64,000 bases of DNA from Antedon mediterranea (taxonomy: Eukaryota; Animalia; Echinodermata), in assembly GCF_964355755.1 (NCBI RefSeq), contig NC_092672.1, forward strand, positions 23,015,237 through 23,079,236, written 5' to 3'. The notes under the pieces were generated by a model. It was given only the letters and a program-made list of their open reading frames with translations. It was not told the origin of the DNA and searched no databases. Shown here one piece after another: positions 53,415-64,000 of the stretch (positions are counted from its first letter, which is position 1; every line of letters begins with the position of its first letter). The translations under genes and the position numbers were made by a program.

Positions 53415-56400
53415 TTTTATTCTTCATCTTCCTCACCCCTAGAGGAATGTTGCAGCGCCCATGTGGCGGCTCTATATTGCTCTGTGCATAACAACTTCGT
53501 ATCTGTTTGCAGATGGTTTTTTTCATCAAATAAGTTTTACTGGATGCTGGAATAGCAAATTGAGCACCATATATTCACAAATTTCTTATGTGGAAATAAT
53601 CGTATCTTGGAGTAAATCGCAGTTGTTTTTCTTGTTGTTTCCTGAAGTTCAGCTAGGCCCTGCTTGTGCCTTTATTGTTTTAATTCAAACTCATCACTGC
53701 CCAAGAACAATGGTCTACTAGCATCAGTGGGAAGCTAGCCCTGTACTTTCAATCTGACTGTGCATATTGTTATGTAAATGACCTTGTACACCTCATGCTT
53801 GAAGATCTGCTGTTGTCATGCTAATTAGCTATAGCTCTGAGTTTCTTCATGGTTTACAGGGCTGTGTAACCAACAACAATAACAGTTGTGAACTTCTTGA
53901 AGAATCTTGCTTAATTATACAATCTTTTAAGTTGAACTCCAGTAGCTGTAGTATCCACCTATTACCAAGGAGGCCAAAAAGAAAAACCAGGCGTGGTACA
54001 AGAGCTGGGCGTGACAAACACACTAAAAACAATCTATCATTTCTGGACTTATCATCAAACTCTCTCTTATCTAAAAACAATATTAAATTTTGCAGTATTA
54101 ATACAAGATTCGTTCGGAACAAAACAACAGAATTTGTGGATTTCGTTATCGAACATAATCTGGATGTTGTTGCCCTTTCGGAAACGTGGCTTAAACCAGA
54201 AGACACATCAGTTATAGGAAATATTACACCCAACGGATACTCTCTCAAACATGCTCCCCGTGCTGGTACTAAAAGAGGTGGTGGAGTTGCACTTCTTTAC
54301 AAGGAAAGCATAGTGGTTAAATGTTATGACACGGGATTATTACCAAAATCATTTGAACTGCTAAATGTGGAAATAGTCAGCAATGCATCCTCAGTTTTCC
54401 TCGTAGCAGTATATCGTCCTCAAAGCAAATCAACGGGTTGCAGTCTAAATGTTTTCACTGAAGAATTCTCAACTTTGGTTGATCACTATGTATTGAAGCC
54501 GGCTCCCATACTATTCGTTGGAGACTTTAACATCCATGTGGATATGCCAAATGATGCAGATGCAATTCATTTTCGGAATCTACTTGTAGCAAGCAGTCTT
54601 CAACAGCATGTGTCTACACCTACACACCGACATGGTCATACATTAGACTTGCTGATCACTCGTTCATCTGATCCTCCTGTTTTCTCAAACCTTAATGTCA
54701 TTGATGGTATTTCAGATCACTATGCAATCACATGTAATCTCCTTATCAAGAAGCCACCCGTAATCACTAAATCCATCGAAACTCGTCATTGGAATGCTAT
54801 AAATTTTGAGACATTATGTAAAGATATCACACAGTCTGATCTCGGAACTTCGCTCTCAAATCTTGATTTATCAAGTAAAGTACGACTATATATCACCACT
54901 TTGAGTGAACTTCTTGACAAACACGCACCACCGAAAAAGAGAACAGTAAAGGTCCGACCAAACACTAGTTGGTATAACAGTGACATCTATGCTGAGAAAA
55001 GAACAAAGCGTAAGCTTGAAAAGAAATGGAGAATCTCTCATCTGAAAATAGATCGTCAAGCTTACATTGCACAGAAGAGGAATGTAAATTCCATGGTAAG
55101 AAAGGCAAAGGCCAACTACTACATTGGCTTGTGTGAAGAACATGCAGCAGATCAGAAAGGACTTTTTAAAATTGTTAACCAACTCCTTCATCATCGCCAG
55201 GTATCACCTCTCCCAGATAGTCTTTCTGACTTAGATCTTGCGAACAGGTTCTGTCAATTTTTCACAGACAAGATCAAGATCATCAGAGACGACTTCAAGA
55301 TTGATGACATGTCATTTAATGAGCCTGTGACAGCTGTTCATCAGCATCTCACAACATTTACACCAGCATCTCAAGATGAGATCCGCAACATTCTGATGAA
55401 ATCACCAACAAAATCATGCAGGTTAGATCCAGTTCCTACTTCTATACTGAAGAAGTGTATAGACGCAGTCGTTCCAATAATAACGGAAATCATTAACCAT
55501 TCTCTTAATACCGGCATAGTGCCAGATGAACTGAAAATTGCTCACGTTCGTCCTTTAATAAAAAAGCAAAACTTGGATCATAACACGCTGAAAAATTACC
55601 GCCCGGTGTCGAATCTTTCTTTTCTTGGAAAGACTCTGGAGCGTGTAGTGACATCACGCATTACTCCATATCTTCAAAAGCATAATTTAAATGAGAATTA
55701 CCAGTCGGCATATCGTGCATGTCATAGCACGGAGAGTTCCCTTTTAAAGGTACAGAATGATTTGTTACAAGGAATGAATGATGGGAAAATAACGCTATTG
55801 GTGTTGTTGGATTTGTCAGCAGCGTTTGATACAGTTGATCACCAAAGACTGATAACCCGTCTGAGAAATCGCATTGGCATAAATGGTGTTGCTCTTAACT
55901 GGTTCCAGTCATATCTTACAGGAAGACGTCAGCTAGTCTGTATCAATGATGCATTCTCAGATGAAGCTTGCCTGGAATATGGTGTACCACAGGGGTCAGT
56001 AATTGGGCCTGGCCAGTTTTCCATTTATACGCTTTTTCCCCTTGGTGACATTATTCGCAAACACAGTCTACATTTCTATGCAGATGATACACAGATTTAT
56101 GTGTCAGTAAATCCAGTGCAAAGGGATGTTGCTGCAGCAATCAGTAAGATGGAAGCCTGTATAGAAGATGTTCGCAATTGGATGACAACAAATTACCTAA
56201 AGTTGAATGATGGAAAGACAGAGTTTATTATCGTCGGGTCTAAATGTAACATCTCCAAAATCAACATCACACATATCAGAATCGGAAACTCTAACATCGC
56301 TCCCTCATCGGTGGTCCGGAATCTGGGAATCATGCTGGATAGTAATCTCACTATGGAAGCACAAATAACAACTGTATCCAAAGCAGCATGCATATCGATT

Positions 56401-57012
56401 AGGAACCTTGGTCGTATTCGCGGTAATCTTAACAAGAAAACAGCTGAATTGATTGTACACTCATTTGTCACTTCTAAAATTGACATTGGTAATGCCTTGT
56501 TGTTTGGCATACCAAAATCTCAAATACAACGTTTGCAGCGCTTGCAAAATATGGCAGCTAGAATTGTAACTTATACAAAATCAAAGGCTCACATAACTCC
56601 TGTCCTGATGGATTTGCATTGGTTGCCTGTTCAACAACGTATTAAGTACAAAGTTGCGTTGTTTGTATTCAAGATCCTAAATGACAGTGCTCCTGCTTAT
56701 TTATCTGACCTTGTGGATCGTTACGAATCATCCCGCAGAGGCCTACGATCATTGTCACAAAACCTTCTTCAAGAGCGTAGAGCGAAAAATCAGTGGGGTC
56801 AGAGATCTTTTTACGTTGCGGCCGCAAGTGTATGGAACAGCTTACCAGCAACAGTTAAATGCTCAACTAGTCTAAACAGTTTCAAGACCAACCTAAAGAC
56901 GTCGCTATTCGCTGATGTTCTCGCACGTTGTTAATGCACAAAGCGCCATGAGCGCCACATGGGTGGAGGATACCGGCGCTATATAAGTTTTCATTTATTA
57001 TTATTATTATTT
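53415..57012 (+). mobile_element. Near full-length L2-type (CR1/L2 group) LINE
   Basis: Single long APE-RT ORF, short 3' UTR with a gcgcc...ggcgct stem-loop and (TTA)n tail. The 5' boundary is approximate. Inserted ~55 bp downstream of an ankyrin exon donor. Confidence 0.9.
53818..56934 (+). CDS. LINE endonuclease/reverse transcriptase (1038 aa)
   Basis: APE motifs (LSETWL, GGGVAL, VYRP, GDFNIH, PTH..GHTLDL, SDH) and RT motifs (NYRPVSNL, QSAYR..HSTE, LDLSAAFDTVDH, GVPQGS, YADD, RNLG, LHWLP). Confidence 0.95.
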   Translation: MLISYSSEFLHGLQGCVTNNNNSCELLEESCLIIQSFKLNSSSCSIHLLPRRPKRKTRRGTRAGRDKHTKNNLSFLDLSSNSLLSKNNIKFCSINTRFVRNKTTEFVDFVIEHNLDVVALSETWLKPEDTSVIGNITPNGYSLKHAPRAGTKRGGGVALLYKESIVVKCYDTGLLPKSFELLNVEIVSNASSVFLVAVYRPQSKSTGCSLNVFTEEFSTLVDHYVLKPAPILFVGDFNIHVDMPNDADAIHFRNLLVASSLQQHVSTPTHRHGHTLDLLITRSSDPPVFSNLNVIDGISDHYAITCNLLIKKPPVITKSIETRHWNAINFETLCKDITQSDLGTSLSNLDLSSKVRLYITTLSELLDKHAPPKKRTVKVRPNTSWYNSDIYAEKRTKRKLEKKWRISHLKIDRQAYIAQKRNVNSMVRKAKANYYIGLCEEHAADQKGLFKIVNQLLHHRQVSPLPDSLSDLDLANRFCQFFTDKIKIIRDDFKIDDMSFNEPVTAVHQHLTTFTPASQDEIRNILMKSPTKSCRLDPVPTSILKKCIDAVVPIITEIINHSLNTGIVPDELKIAHVRPLIKKQNLDHNTLKNYRPVSNLSFLGKTLERVVTSRITPYLQKHNLNENYQSAYRACHSTESSLLKVQNDLLQGMNDGKITLLVLLDLSAAFDTVDHQRLITRLRNRIGINGVALNWFQSYLTGRRQLVCINDAFSDEACLEYGVPQGSVIGPGQFSIYTLFPLGDIIRKHSLHFYADDTQIYVSVNPVQRDVAAAISKMEACIEDVRNWMTTNYLKLNDGKTEFIIVGSKCNISKINITHIRIGNSNIAPSSVVRNLGIMLDSNLTMEAQITTVSKAACISIRNLGRIRGNLNKKTAELIVHSFVTSKIDIGNALLFGIPKSQIQRLQRLQNMAARIVTYTKSKAHITPVLMDLHWLPVQQRIKYKVALFVFKILNDSAPAYLSDLVDRYESSRRGLRSLSQNLLQERRAKNQWGQRSFYVAAASVWNSLPATVKCSTSLNSFKTNLKTSLFADVLARC

Positions 57013-57807
57013 TAGTTTAAAATGCTTGTTCCTCAAACAGAATAGCACAAAATGTAGCCTAAGAATGTAATATTATGGTATAGAGGCTACTTGTTAATAC
57101 CTTCATATTTTTTCTTATTTGAAATTTTTATTAAATTGTCTAATTATTCAACATCTTGAATTTAACATATTTATACCATCAAGATAGTGCAGACAAGTCA
57201 ACATTAACAAAAATAAATAAACAAGTTTAAAATGCTATTTTTTGGGCTATTAAAAAGCTGCAGTTAATCTAGCAATCATTTGGTGGATTACTGTAATTTA
57301 GTTATTAATTCTCTATTAAATAAATGTCATGAAAACTATAGCGCTTAGATTGCTTAGTGCTTGAAGTTGCTTGTTGGTATGACAACTACAACTAATGCAG
57401 ATCCTGCATTATATCTGTCTCAGAATATCCTTGTTTAATCAATCTTTTTAAAACTTTTTTAATCATTACATTAGTAATGCTAATTTTAATACACGATTAT
57501 AATATTATTGAATGCATTTCATGCATTTCTCATTTGTTTCATGCTGCACAATTTTGATGTGTCAGGCATGTTTCTGATGGTAATGGTATCTTGGACCTTG
57601 TGTGAATGGATAAAAGGCAAACAACTTTGGGGAATACATTTTTGTTATACTGATGTTGTCACAAAAGTTTGTAGTTTTTCTGATTTCAGGATATGTTATT
57701 TGTAAAGTAATGGCATAAAATTTGAACTGAATTCAAATTGAATCAAATATTAAACTTTTTCTTCTACTAAAATGTAGAGTAGACATTACTCTATACATTG
57801 ATATAAA

Positions 57808-59989
57808 CAGTGGGAAAGCCACTTCGCGTTTTGACCGTTAAATCGTGTAAAATCGACTTACTTCCGCATTGACGATTTTGAAGCGCCACCTATCGTTGAA
57901 AACTGAAACCACGATTTTTCGTCGCCTAGCAAATAAGTGCTGTTTTATTTTAAGCTCTCATGAATATTTAAGAACCGCCCAACATTACCTATTATGGTAA
58001 AAGCATTTCCTAATAAGTATAATTGGATAACCAATCGGTTTCCTTCAAAGATACCGAAGCTAATACAATACATTCGGCGACTGAAGTCGGGACTCGTGAA
58101 ATTTATAAATGTGGTACGATTTGACTACTGTTTTGTTGTCCATTTTCTGAATAGTCGGAGGTGCATCCCAACAAATTACAAAAATTATAATCAATTGTTT
58201 TATCAAGAATAATATTAGTTTAATCGAGTATGATATATTTCTATCCTGTTCAAAATTTGTTGGTGTATTCTCAGGCCTCGAAAGGTAGGTACATTTTCTA
58301 GCTGTGAGCATGGTTGCGGCAACGCGAGACACGTGTGTCAGTATAGGCGATAGGATCAGATTATCAGACGACTATCGGATCAGCAACACAGTACAATTGT
58401 ACTGTGTTGATGCTGATCCGATAGTCGTTAAGTTGTACTGATTACGAGTATCATTGGTGCCTGGCCGGCCTAGCCTGGTGATCTGATCCCCCCCAAAAAT
58501 ACTTTTTTTCAATCAGTATTAATATTATTTTATTTTTCATTTATTATTTGATTTATTAGGCTCAATAGATGCCTAGCTAGGCTACTACTAGTAGGCCTAG
58601 ATTATATAAATAATAATATAGTAAATACTGTAATTTAAATAATAAAATACAGCCCCATTTTACTTTTTAGGCCATCATATAATATTATAATTATATATAC
58701 AACCAGACATTAGAATTTTTTTTAAATAATATTTATTATTTTTTCTGACACTTTCAGGAATTGTTGATGATGCAGAGTTCTTCGTCTTTGTGACTTCAAA
58801 TTGAGAGTGAAGTGGATAAAAAGATGACACCGGTACCACCTACCGACATTGTCATACCCAAACTATAATTTAATAATTTAAAACAAAATGTTGAATTACA
58901 AATAATATATGTAGGCCTATGTTGCAGAGGATTTAGATGAATTACAATACAAATGTTTTATGTTGAATGCAAACCTACTACACTATACTCTGTAAATTAT
59001 GTTATTGTCATGTGGTAGATCTTAAAAATTGAATATTTATTGTATGTTAGGCCTATATTATATTTTATTAATACTATTACTATTAATTTATATTATACAG
59101 TACTAGTTTGTACATGTTTTTACCAAAAAAAAATGAATAAATAATTTGTTATTCAATCTAATTGCTTGTTTGTTCATCGATAACAAAACAATTGTAAGCA
59201 AGTATATAACAGTTCTTGTTAGCCGCTTATTTCAGGTCATATTATTAATATTAGCTAGGCCCGACGCGCCCGATCACTAAGTGACTTTCCGCCCCTGGAA
59301 CAATCGCTCGCTAAATAGGGCTAGGCCTCGGACTCGTATAAAAGCTATTATAATACTTATGTTAAATATTCCTCAACTAAAATGTATATTGTGATAAATA
59401 AACAAGTAATAATATACGTTGTATTGGAATGTATTTATTTATATGAATTCTTATACGCGGACAATTATAAACATCGCGTATATCGTTCGCAATAAATAAA
59501 TTCATAAACACGATGACGATGTGTTTACAAAATGGCGGTTTCGCTAGTTTTCGATGGAACAAATAGAGGTACCTTTAGTTTGAATAGTCGGAGCTGCATC
59601 CCAAGCACCGAATTTTGTATCTTAATATCGTATTCTGTAGATTATTAATTTTTCTAACAGGGATTTTAAATTCAGGACTGTTCAATTTTTCTAAATATTT
59701 TATTTTAACGATTTTCTAGGGTACAATTTCGGAAAAGAGACATTGGTTGATTTTGCCGTTAAATTACAGATTATCGTTTTGTTCAAATACATTTAATTTT
59801 ACATGACAATATATTAAAACCATTTATGAATATATTTCACTAACAATATTTTTCCGATAATCAGCTAAATTTACAAATATTGTGTTTTTCAAACACCCTA
59901 AAATTGAGCAATTTTGAACTAAATTAGAAAAGTGGGGCGCCCTCTCCGAGTTGAAATTTGACACGATTTGTCGACTGGCTTTCCCACTG
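57808..59989. mobile_element. Non-autonomous DNA transposon, 14-bp perfect TIR, apparent 4-bp TSD (superfamily unresolved)
   Basis: CAGTGGGAAAGCCA ... TGGCTTTCCCACTG with TAAA on both flanks and a shared subterminal AAATCGTGT.AAAT motif. An internal direct repeat tgaatagtcggag.tgcatccca is at ~58148 and ~59581. Confidence 0.75.
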
Positions 59990-60297
59990 TAAAGAAATAA
60001 ATGTTTGAACAAGAAAAACTGTACTTATAGCTATTTTTTATCATACCCTACCTAAAATTGTTTAATAATCTGGAGCTCAGTGTTTTGTTAACTTGTGTTC
60101 GTACATATTCATAGCTATAAACATGTGCATAACGATGCTTAAATTAATCAGAGTATAGGCCTACCTATCATATATTATATATATGAGAATTTTATATAAA
60201 TCTTACTGTAAATTATAGAAACAGTGCTCATATTCGGAACATGATCTCATAATAGCTCATTGGCGAAAGTTCCATACTTTTTAGTTGTATGAAATAA

Positions 60298-60369
60298 TGT
60301 CTCTAGCGGGATTCGAACATGCAACCTCTCACTTACAGGGCGAGTATCATACCACTAGACCACAGAGCC
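60298..60369 (-). pseudogene. tRNA-derived sequence (SINE head or pseudo-tRNA)
   Basis: Reverse strand GGCTCTGTGGTCTAGTGGTATGATACTCGC...GTTCGAATCCC has A and B boxes, but the cloverleaf is imperfect. Confidence 0.6.
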
Positions 60370-61258
60370 ATATATGGTATTTTCACAGATTTTCTCTCAT
60401 ACAACAAATGATATGGACATTTTTTTTTACATTTTTTTTGTTGATTATGCCATTTTAATATCATATAATAGTTATCCACTTTGACCAAAACTTGGATTGG
60501 AAAAAAAATTATTTACCTGAAAAAACTGTAATTTAAAGCAAACAAGTCAAATTGCCTGCCATACCAATGGATTTTTGGTTTGGTGTCATTGTAGTGAAAA
60601 CATGATTTTTTCTTCGTTTTTTTCTACGCAATTGATTAACTTGATTATTCTTCATTTTTTCACGTGGGGGACAATACATCTTTAAAAAAACATAACCTAA
60701 TGTCCTTGTTCTACATGGAACCCCCGCAGTTTAAACGCGGACAAAACCACAGAAGAATAGCTTCTCTTTCTTGAGCTATACTTGCTCACTTTATTTCTAT
60801 CCATCCGTTCATCCGGTAAACTAAAATAAAAACAAACAGAGAAACAATTGACACGGCGCCGTGAAGCACGTCTCTAACGTATACTACGGCTTATCATACA
60901 TAATTCGTCGTTAACATGGGCATACTATCATCATTATGTCTATCAAACCTAACTAATTCATAAGTAAATAATAATATATAAGATTGTCTCCACACGGAGC
61001 ATTAAAGGTGTACAACAACGTTAATACAACGTATCGCCTATTGTGCACAGCTCTCATACCATGAACAGTGACTACCACAAACCGTGACTAGCCTAATTTA
61101 CATATCAAGGTATCAAGGTGCGATGTACATACATAACATGGCTCCCTGCAAAGATAAATTATGAAACTGACAGTATCATCACTTTTCCTTTGCATACACA
61201 ACAATAGTGGCTCCTTGACGGGGAATTGATTACAATAATACTAACTACTGACATTCAA

Positions 61259-61574
61259 TGTTTGTTTGTTTGTTTTATCTTTATACTGGGTGACCTCTTC
61301 AGTCAAAGACTGATCTCCCAGAGGGCCCAGTTGGTGATCAGTGGCTGTGATGTACTAATACACCGGGGTAACCCCCTACTCGTCTCGAAAGATGTACTAG
61401 GTTCTTTAAAGTGCACACGAGCAAGTTGTGTACACTGGACCTACGGTTTATAGTCCTTATCCGAGAAGACTCGTTCTACCACCAGAACCATGGAGTGAGT
61501 GAGCCTCGAACCCCTGCCGATGTTATGGCTACGTGATTACAGTTCCACTGTCTTAACCGCTCGGCCACTCACCC
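61259..61574 (-). mobile_element. Full-length V-SINE
   Basis: tRNA head (GGGTGAGTGGCCGAGCGGTTAAG...GGGTTCGAGGC), V-domain-like core (CTCGGATAAGGACTATAAACCG.AGGTCC...TTAAAGAACC...GAGTAGGGGGTTACCCCGG), LINE-like 3' part and (AAAC)n tail. Confidence 0.85.
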
Positions 61575-61715
61575 AATGATTGAAGGTTCTCCTTCATCTA
61601 ATGTTCAAGCAGTATTGTTATAATTTTTTTAATTGCCTTGATTTAATGCACAACTATTAACTTAGATTGTATACTGGCTTTTTCTTTTATCCAAATGTAC
61701 ATACGAAAATAATAT

Positions 61716-61957
61716 GGAGTTGTTGATAGCCGAGTGGTTAGGACACTTGACTGTCATACAGATAGACCCGGGTTCAATTCCCGAAAACTCCCAGTCCACT
61801 CAGCTGTAAATGAGTACCTGGTTGAAAATACTAGGGAGAAAAAAGGCGGCGTGGAAAGGAACTGGCCACCTTACCACATAATGCCGAGGCTTAGTACAAT
61901 GAGCTCCTAACAGCTCATTCCCCTACGTTCAGAAAACACGGGACTCACCTCACCTTA
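61716..61957 (+). mobile_element. Full-length tRNA-derived SINE with conserved central domain (Deu/Nin/Meta-like)
   Basis: A box TAGCCGAGTGG, B box GGTTCAATTCC, core CCACTCAGCTGTAAATGAGTACCTG...AAGGCGGC...TGGCCACC, an ACCT-type tail, and an approximate TSD tacata(c/t)gaaaa. Confidence 0.8.
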
Positions 61958-61997
61958 CATATGAAAAATATAATCACTCATTTTGAGGACTTGTGAT

Positions 61998-64000
61998 GAT
62001 TTGATTTGATTTGATTTGATTTGATTTATTTCGGCATCAGTACATAAAATATCACAGACATACAATTAAAATTGACAAATATAAAAATACCAATATAAAA
62101 CAAGGATGCCAAGGATAACTCATAAAAGTCCTCTACGGACTTGTTTCCAATGAGGTCCTTTGAATGAACAGCAAAAAAGACAAACAAAGCAACATAATAA
62201 AAATGACAAAAAACAGCAAAAAGGACAATCGAAAAAAGAAGAAGCGCTAATTAAATAGTTTCTAGAGCTAGTGAACGTTCCTGTAGATACTTTTTAACTT
62301 TACTTTTAAAACAACAAACAGTTTGTGATTCCTTAATGTTAATTGGTAAATTATTCCATTCTTTAATAGCATTGTAAAAAAAGGTCACATGTGCCATTGG
62401 CTTGATAGTTGGGATTCTAAAATTAAAATTGCATCCCCTAGTATTGTAATTATGACTGTCTGAAATTCTAATAAAACGATTGCATAAATAAGGTGGACAA
62501 CAATGATTATATATTTTAAAAACATGACAGACTCTAAGAAATTCGACACGGTCTTGGACTTTTAACATACCAACGTCGTTTAGCTGAGATTGACCAACAT
62601 GAGATCGGGGACCTAACTTTTTTATAAAACGAACCATTTTGTTTTGAGTCGTTTGTAATTTTGATTTTAAATTTTTATTTACCGTAGAAGACCATGAGCA
62701 AACCGAATAATCGAACATCGGTTGGATTAAAGCAAAACTAAGAATTTTGCGACAATGTGAATTAAGAAATGATGATTGTCGGTACAGAAATTTCAGTCTG
62801 CCGTTTGCTTTGTTTATAACAGAGCGGGCAATGACGTCACCTGATACATTTTGGTCAATCTCAATACCTAGATATTTGATAGATTTTGATCCATTTATAG
62901 TCGTTCCAAAGCAATCAATATAGAATTCGTTTACTTTGCTTAATCTACGTTTAGAACCAAACAGGATGCATTCGGTCTTACCCATATGAAGCGAAAGTTG
63001 ATTGTCGATCAGCCAATTATTGCATGATACGAGATTGTTTTGGAGTTTAGATTGGATTGCGATTGGATCTTTATGGGAGTAAAAAATTGCACAATCGTCA
63101 GCGTACAAAACAACTTTACAATCACTTTCGATACTAGATGGTAGGTCATTCACGTAAATAAGAAACAAGAGAGGACCCAAAAGGCTACCCTGGGGGACTC
63201 CACATCCAATCTCAATGGAGTTCGATTTGGTACCTTTAATATCGACAATCTGATTTCGCCCAGACAGGTACGCTTGAAACCAACCGATAGACCGGCATCC
63301 TAGATACTTAAGTTTTTTACACAAAATATCATGATTGACCGAGTCAAAGGCCTTTTGGACATCGAGTAAAACCATACCCGTAAATAAACCATTTGACATT
63401 TGAACTCTAAGGTGATCTCTAAGATGGATAAGACATGTGTCGGTAGAAAATGATCTACGAAAACCGGATTGATGATCGTAGATAAGTTGATTCCTTTCAA
63501 GGTAATCGGAAACTTGTATATATACCACCTTCTCCAGAATTTTCGAAACTGAGGAGAGAATGCTTATAGGTCTGTAATTGTTAGCCTCAGTTCTGGAATT
63601 CTTTTTATGAAGGGGCGTGACTTTTGCGAGTTTAAAATCCGAGGGAATACGTTCGTATTTAATGGAGAGGTTAATTATATGTGTTATTGGTATTTTAATA
63701 TTAGGAGCTCCGTCTCTAAGAAATTTTGCAGGAATCTGATCAAGGCCTACACTTTTAGATGGGTTGAGATTTCTCAATTCCTCTTCGATAAGGCTCTCGT
63801 CAATTTCTTCGAGAGAAAAACCAGAAACATGTTTGATTTTGCTATTATAGTAATTTTTAAAGGCATTCGAACCCACACTAAAAAGGTTACTGGGAGAAGG
63901 CAATTTCTTCATTAAATCGGAAGCAATATTTGCGAAGTATTTATTGAAATAATTTGAAACTTCGCTTTCATTATGGCAAAGATTCCCATTAACATCTAAC
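61998..64000 (-). mobile_element. CR1-group (Crack/Daphne-like) LINE, 3' part, continuing beyond the window
   Basis: RT ORF followed by a ~250-bp 3' UTR, AATAAA and an (AAATC)n tail. Confidence 0.9.
62251..64000 (-). CDS. LINE reverse transcriptase, partial (open to the window edge)
   Basis: Motifs NNYRPISIL, HQSGFR..FST, LDVQKAFDSVNH, GVPQGSLLGPLLFLIYVNDL, YADD, KYLG and H.YNTR...WNNLP. The frame stays open upstream of the Met at 63912. Confidence 0.95.
   Translation of the reverse strand, partial: LDVNGNLCHNESEVSNYFNKYFANIASDLMKKLPSPSNLFSVGSNAFKNYYNSKIKHVSGFSLEEIDESLIEEELRNLNPSKSVGLDQIPAKFLRDGAPNIKIPITHIINLSIKYERIPSDFKLAKVTPLHKKNSRTEANNYRPISILSSVSKILEKVVYIQVSDYLERNQLIYDHQSGFRRSFSTDTCLIHLRDHLRVQMSNGLFTGMVLLDVQKAFDSVNHDILCKKLKYLGCRSIGWFQAYLSGRNQIVDIKGTKSNSIEIGCGVPQGSLLGPLLFLIYVNDLPSSIESDCKVVLYADDCAIFYSHKDPIAIQSKLQNNLVSCNNWLIDNQLSLHMGKTECILFGSKRRLSKVNEFYIDCFGTTINGSKSIKYLGIEIDQNVSGDVIARSVINKANGRLKFLYRQSSFLNSHCRKILSFALIQPMFDYSVCSWSSTVNKNLKSKLQTTQNKMVRFIKKLGPRSHVGQSQLNDVGMLKVQDRVEFLRVCHVFKIYNHCCPPYLCNRFIRISDSHNYNTRGCNFNFRIPTIKPMAHVTFFYNAIKEWNNLPINIKESQTVCCFKSKVKKYLQERSLALETI

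Larger units (their letters stand above)
44275..57500 (+). repeat. Copy B of the large intragenic duplication (paralog ~18350-30470)
   Basis: See the collinear blocks listed for copy A. This copy carries the ankyrin exons at 45533 and 53262. Confidence 0.85.

Noticed and set aside
53847-56875. Short antisense and alternate-frame ORFs overlapping the LINE ORF (also within 63300-63915)
   Set aside because: Shadow ORFs of the long coding sequence with no motifs.
57806-59991. Transib/RAG-like transposon (ends resemble the CACAGTG heptamer)
   Set aside because: Ends read AACAGTG and CACTGTA rather than CACAGTG/CACTGTG, there is no 5-bp TSD, and no RAG1-like coding sequence is visible.
60230-60280. 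Hammerhead ribozyme-like motif (ctcataa...gcgaaag) next to a tRNA-like sequence
   Set aside because: The core deviates from CUGANGA at catalytic positions and no correctly placed UH cleavage site pairs with GAAA.

Overview
AT-rich, intron- and repeat-rich eukaryotic (animal, probably marine invertebrate) genomic DNA. No prokaryotic operons or CRISPR arrays are present. The only host gene I can support is part of a + strand ankyrin-repeat gene in which each repeat is a separate 99-bp, phase-0 exon. Three exons are intact (4875-4973, 37269-37367, 53262-53360) and two are decayed (41066-41155, 45533-45601). Four of the five end in GTAAGTCATA and the fifth in a mutated ATAAGTCATA; several have homologous intron flanks. 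A large internal duplication (about 18.3-30.5 kb versus 44.3-57.5 kb) runs through this gene, and the first copy lacks the two exon-bearing segments present in the second. The rest is transposable elements. LINEs: a near-intact L2-type element, a Crack/CR1-group RT running off the window, and Tx1/L1 and Rex-Babar fragments. SINEs: a V-SINE and other tRNA-derived SINEs. Rolling-circle elements: a non-autonomous Helitron and Helentron/DINE-like elements, including a nested cluster carrying tRNA-Val-derived copies. Cut-and-paste elements: PIF/Harbinger-type elements with Myb/SANT remnants, plus Academ-like, Kolobok-like and hAT remnants. All calls were made by eye; superfamily assignments need Dfam/Repbase confirmation.
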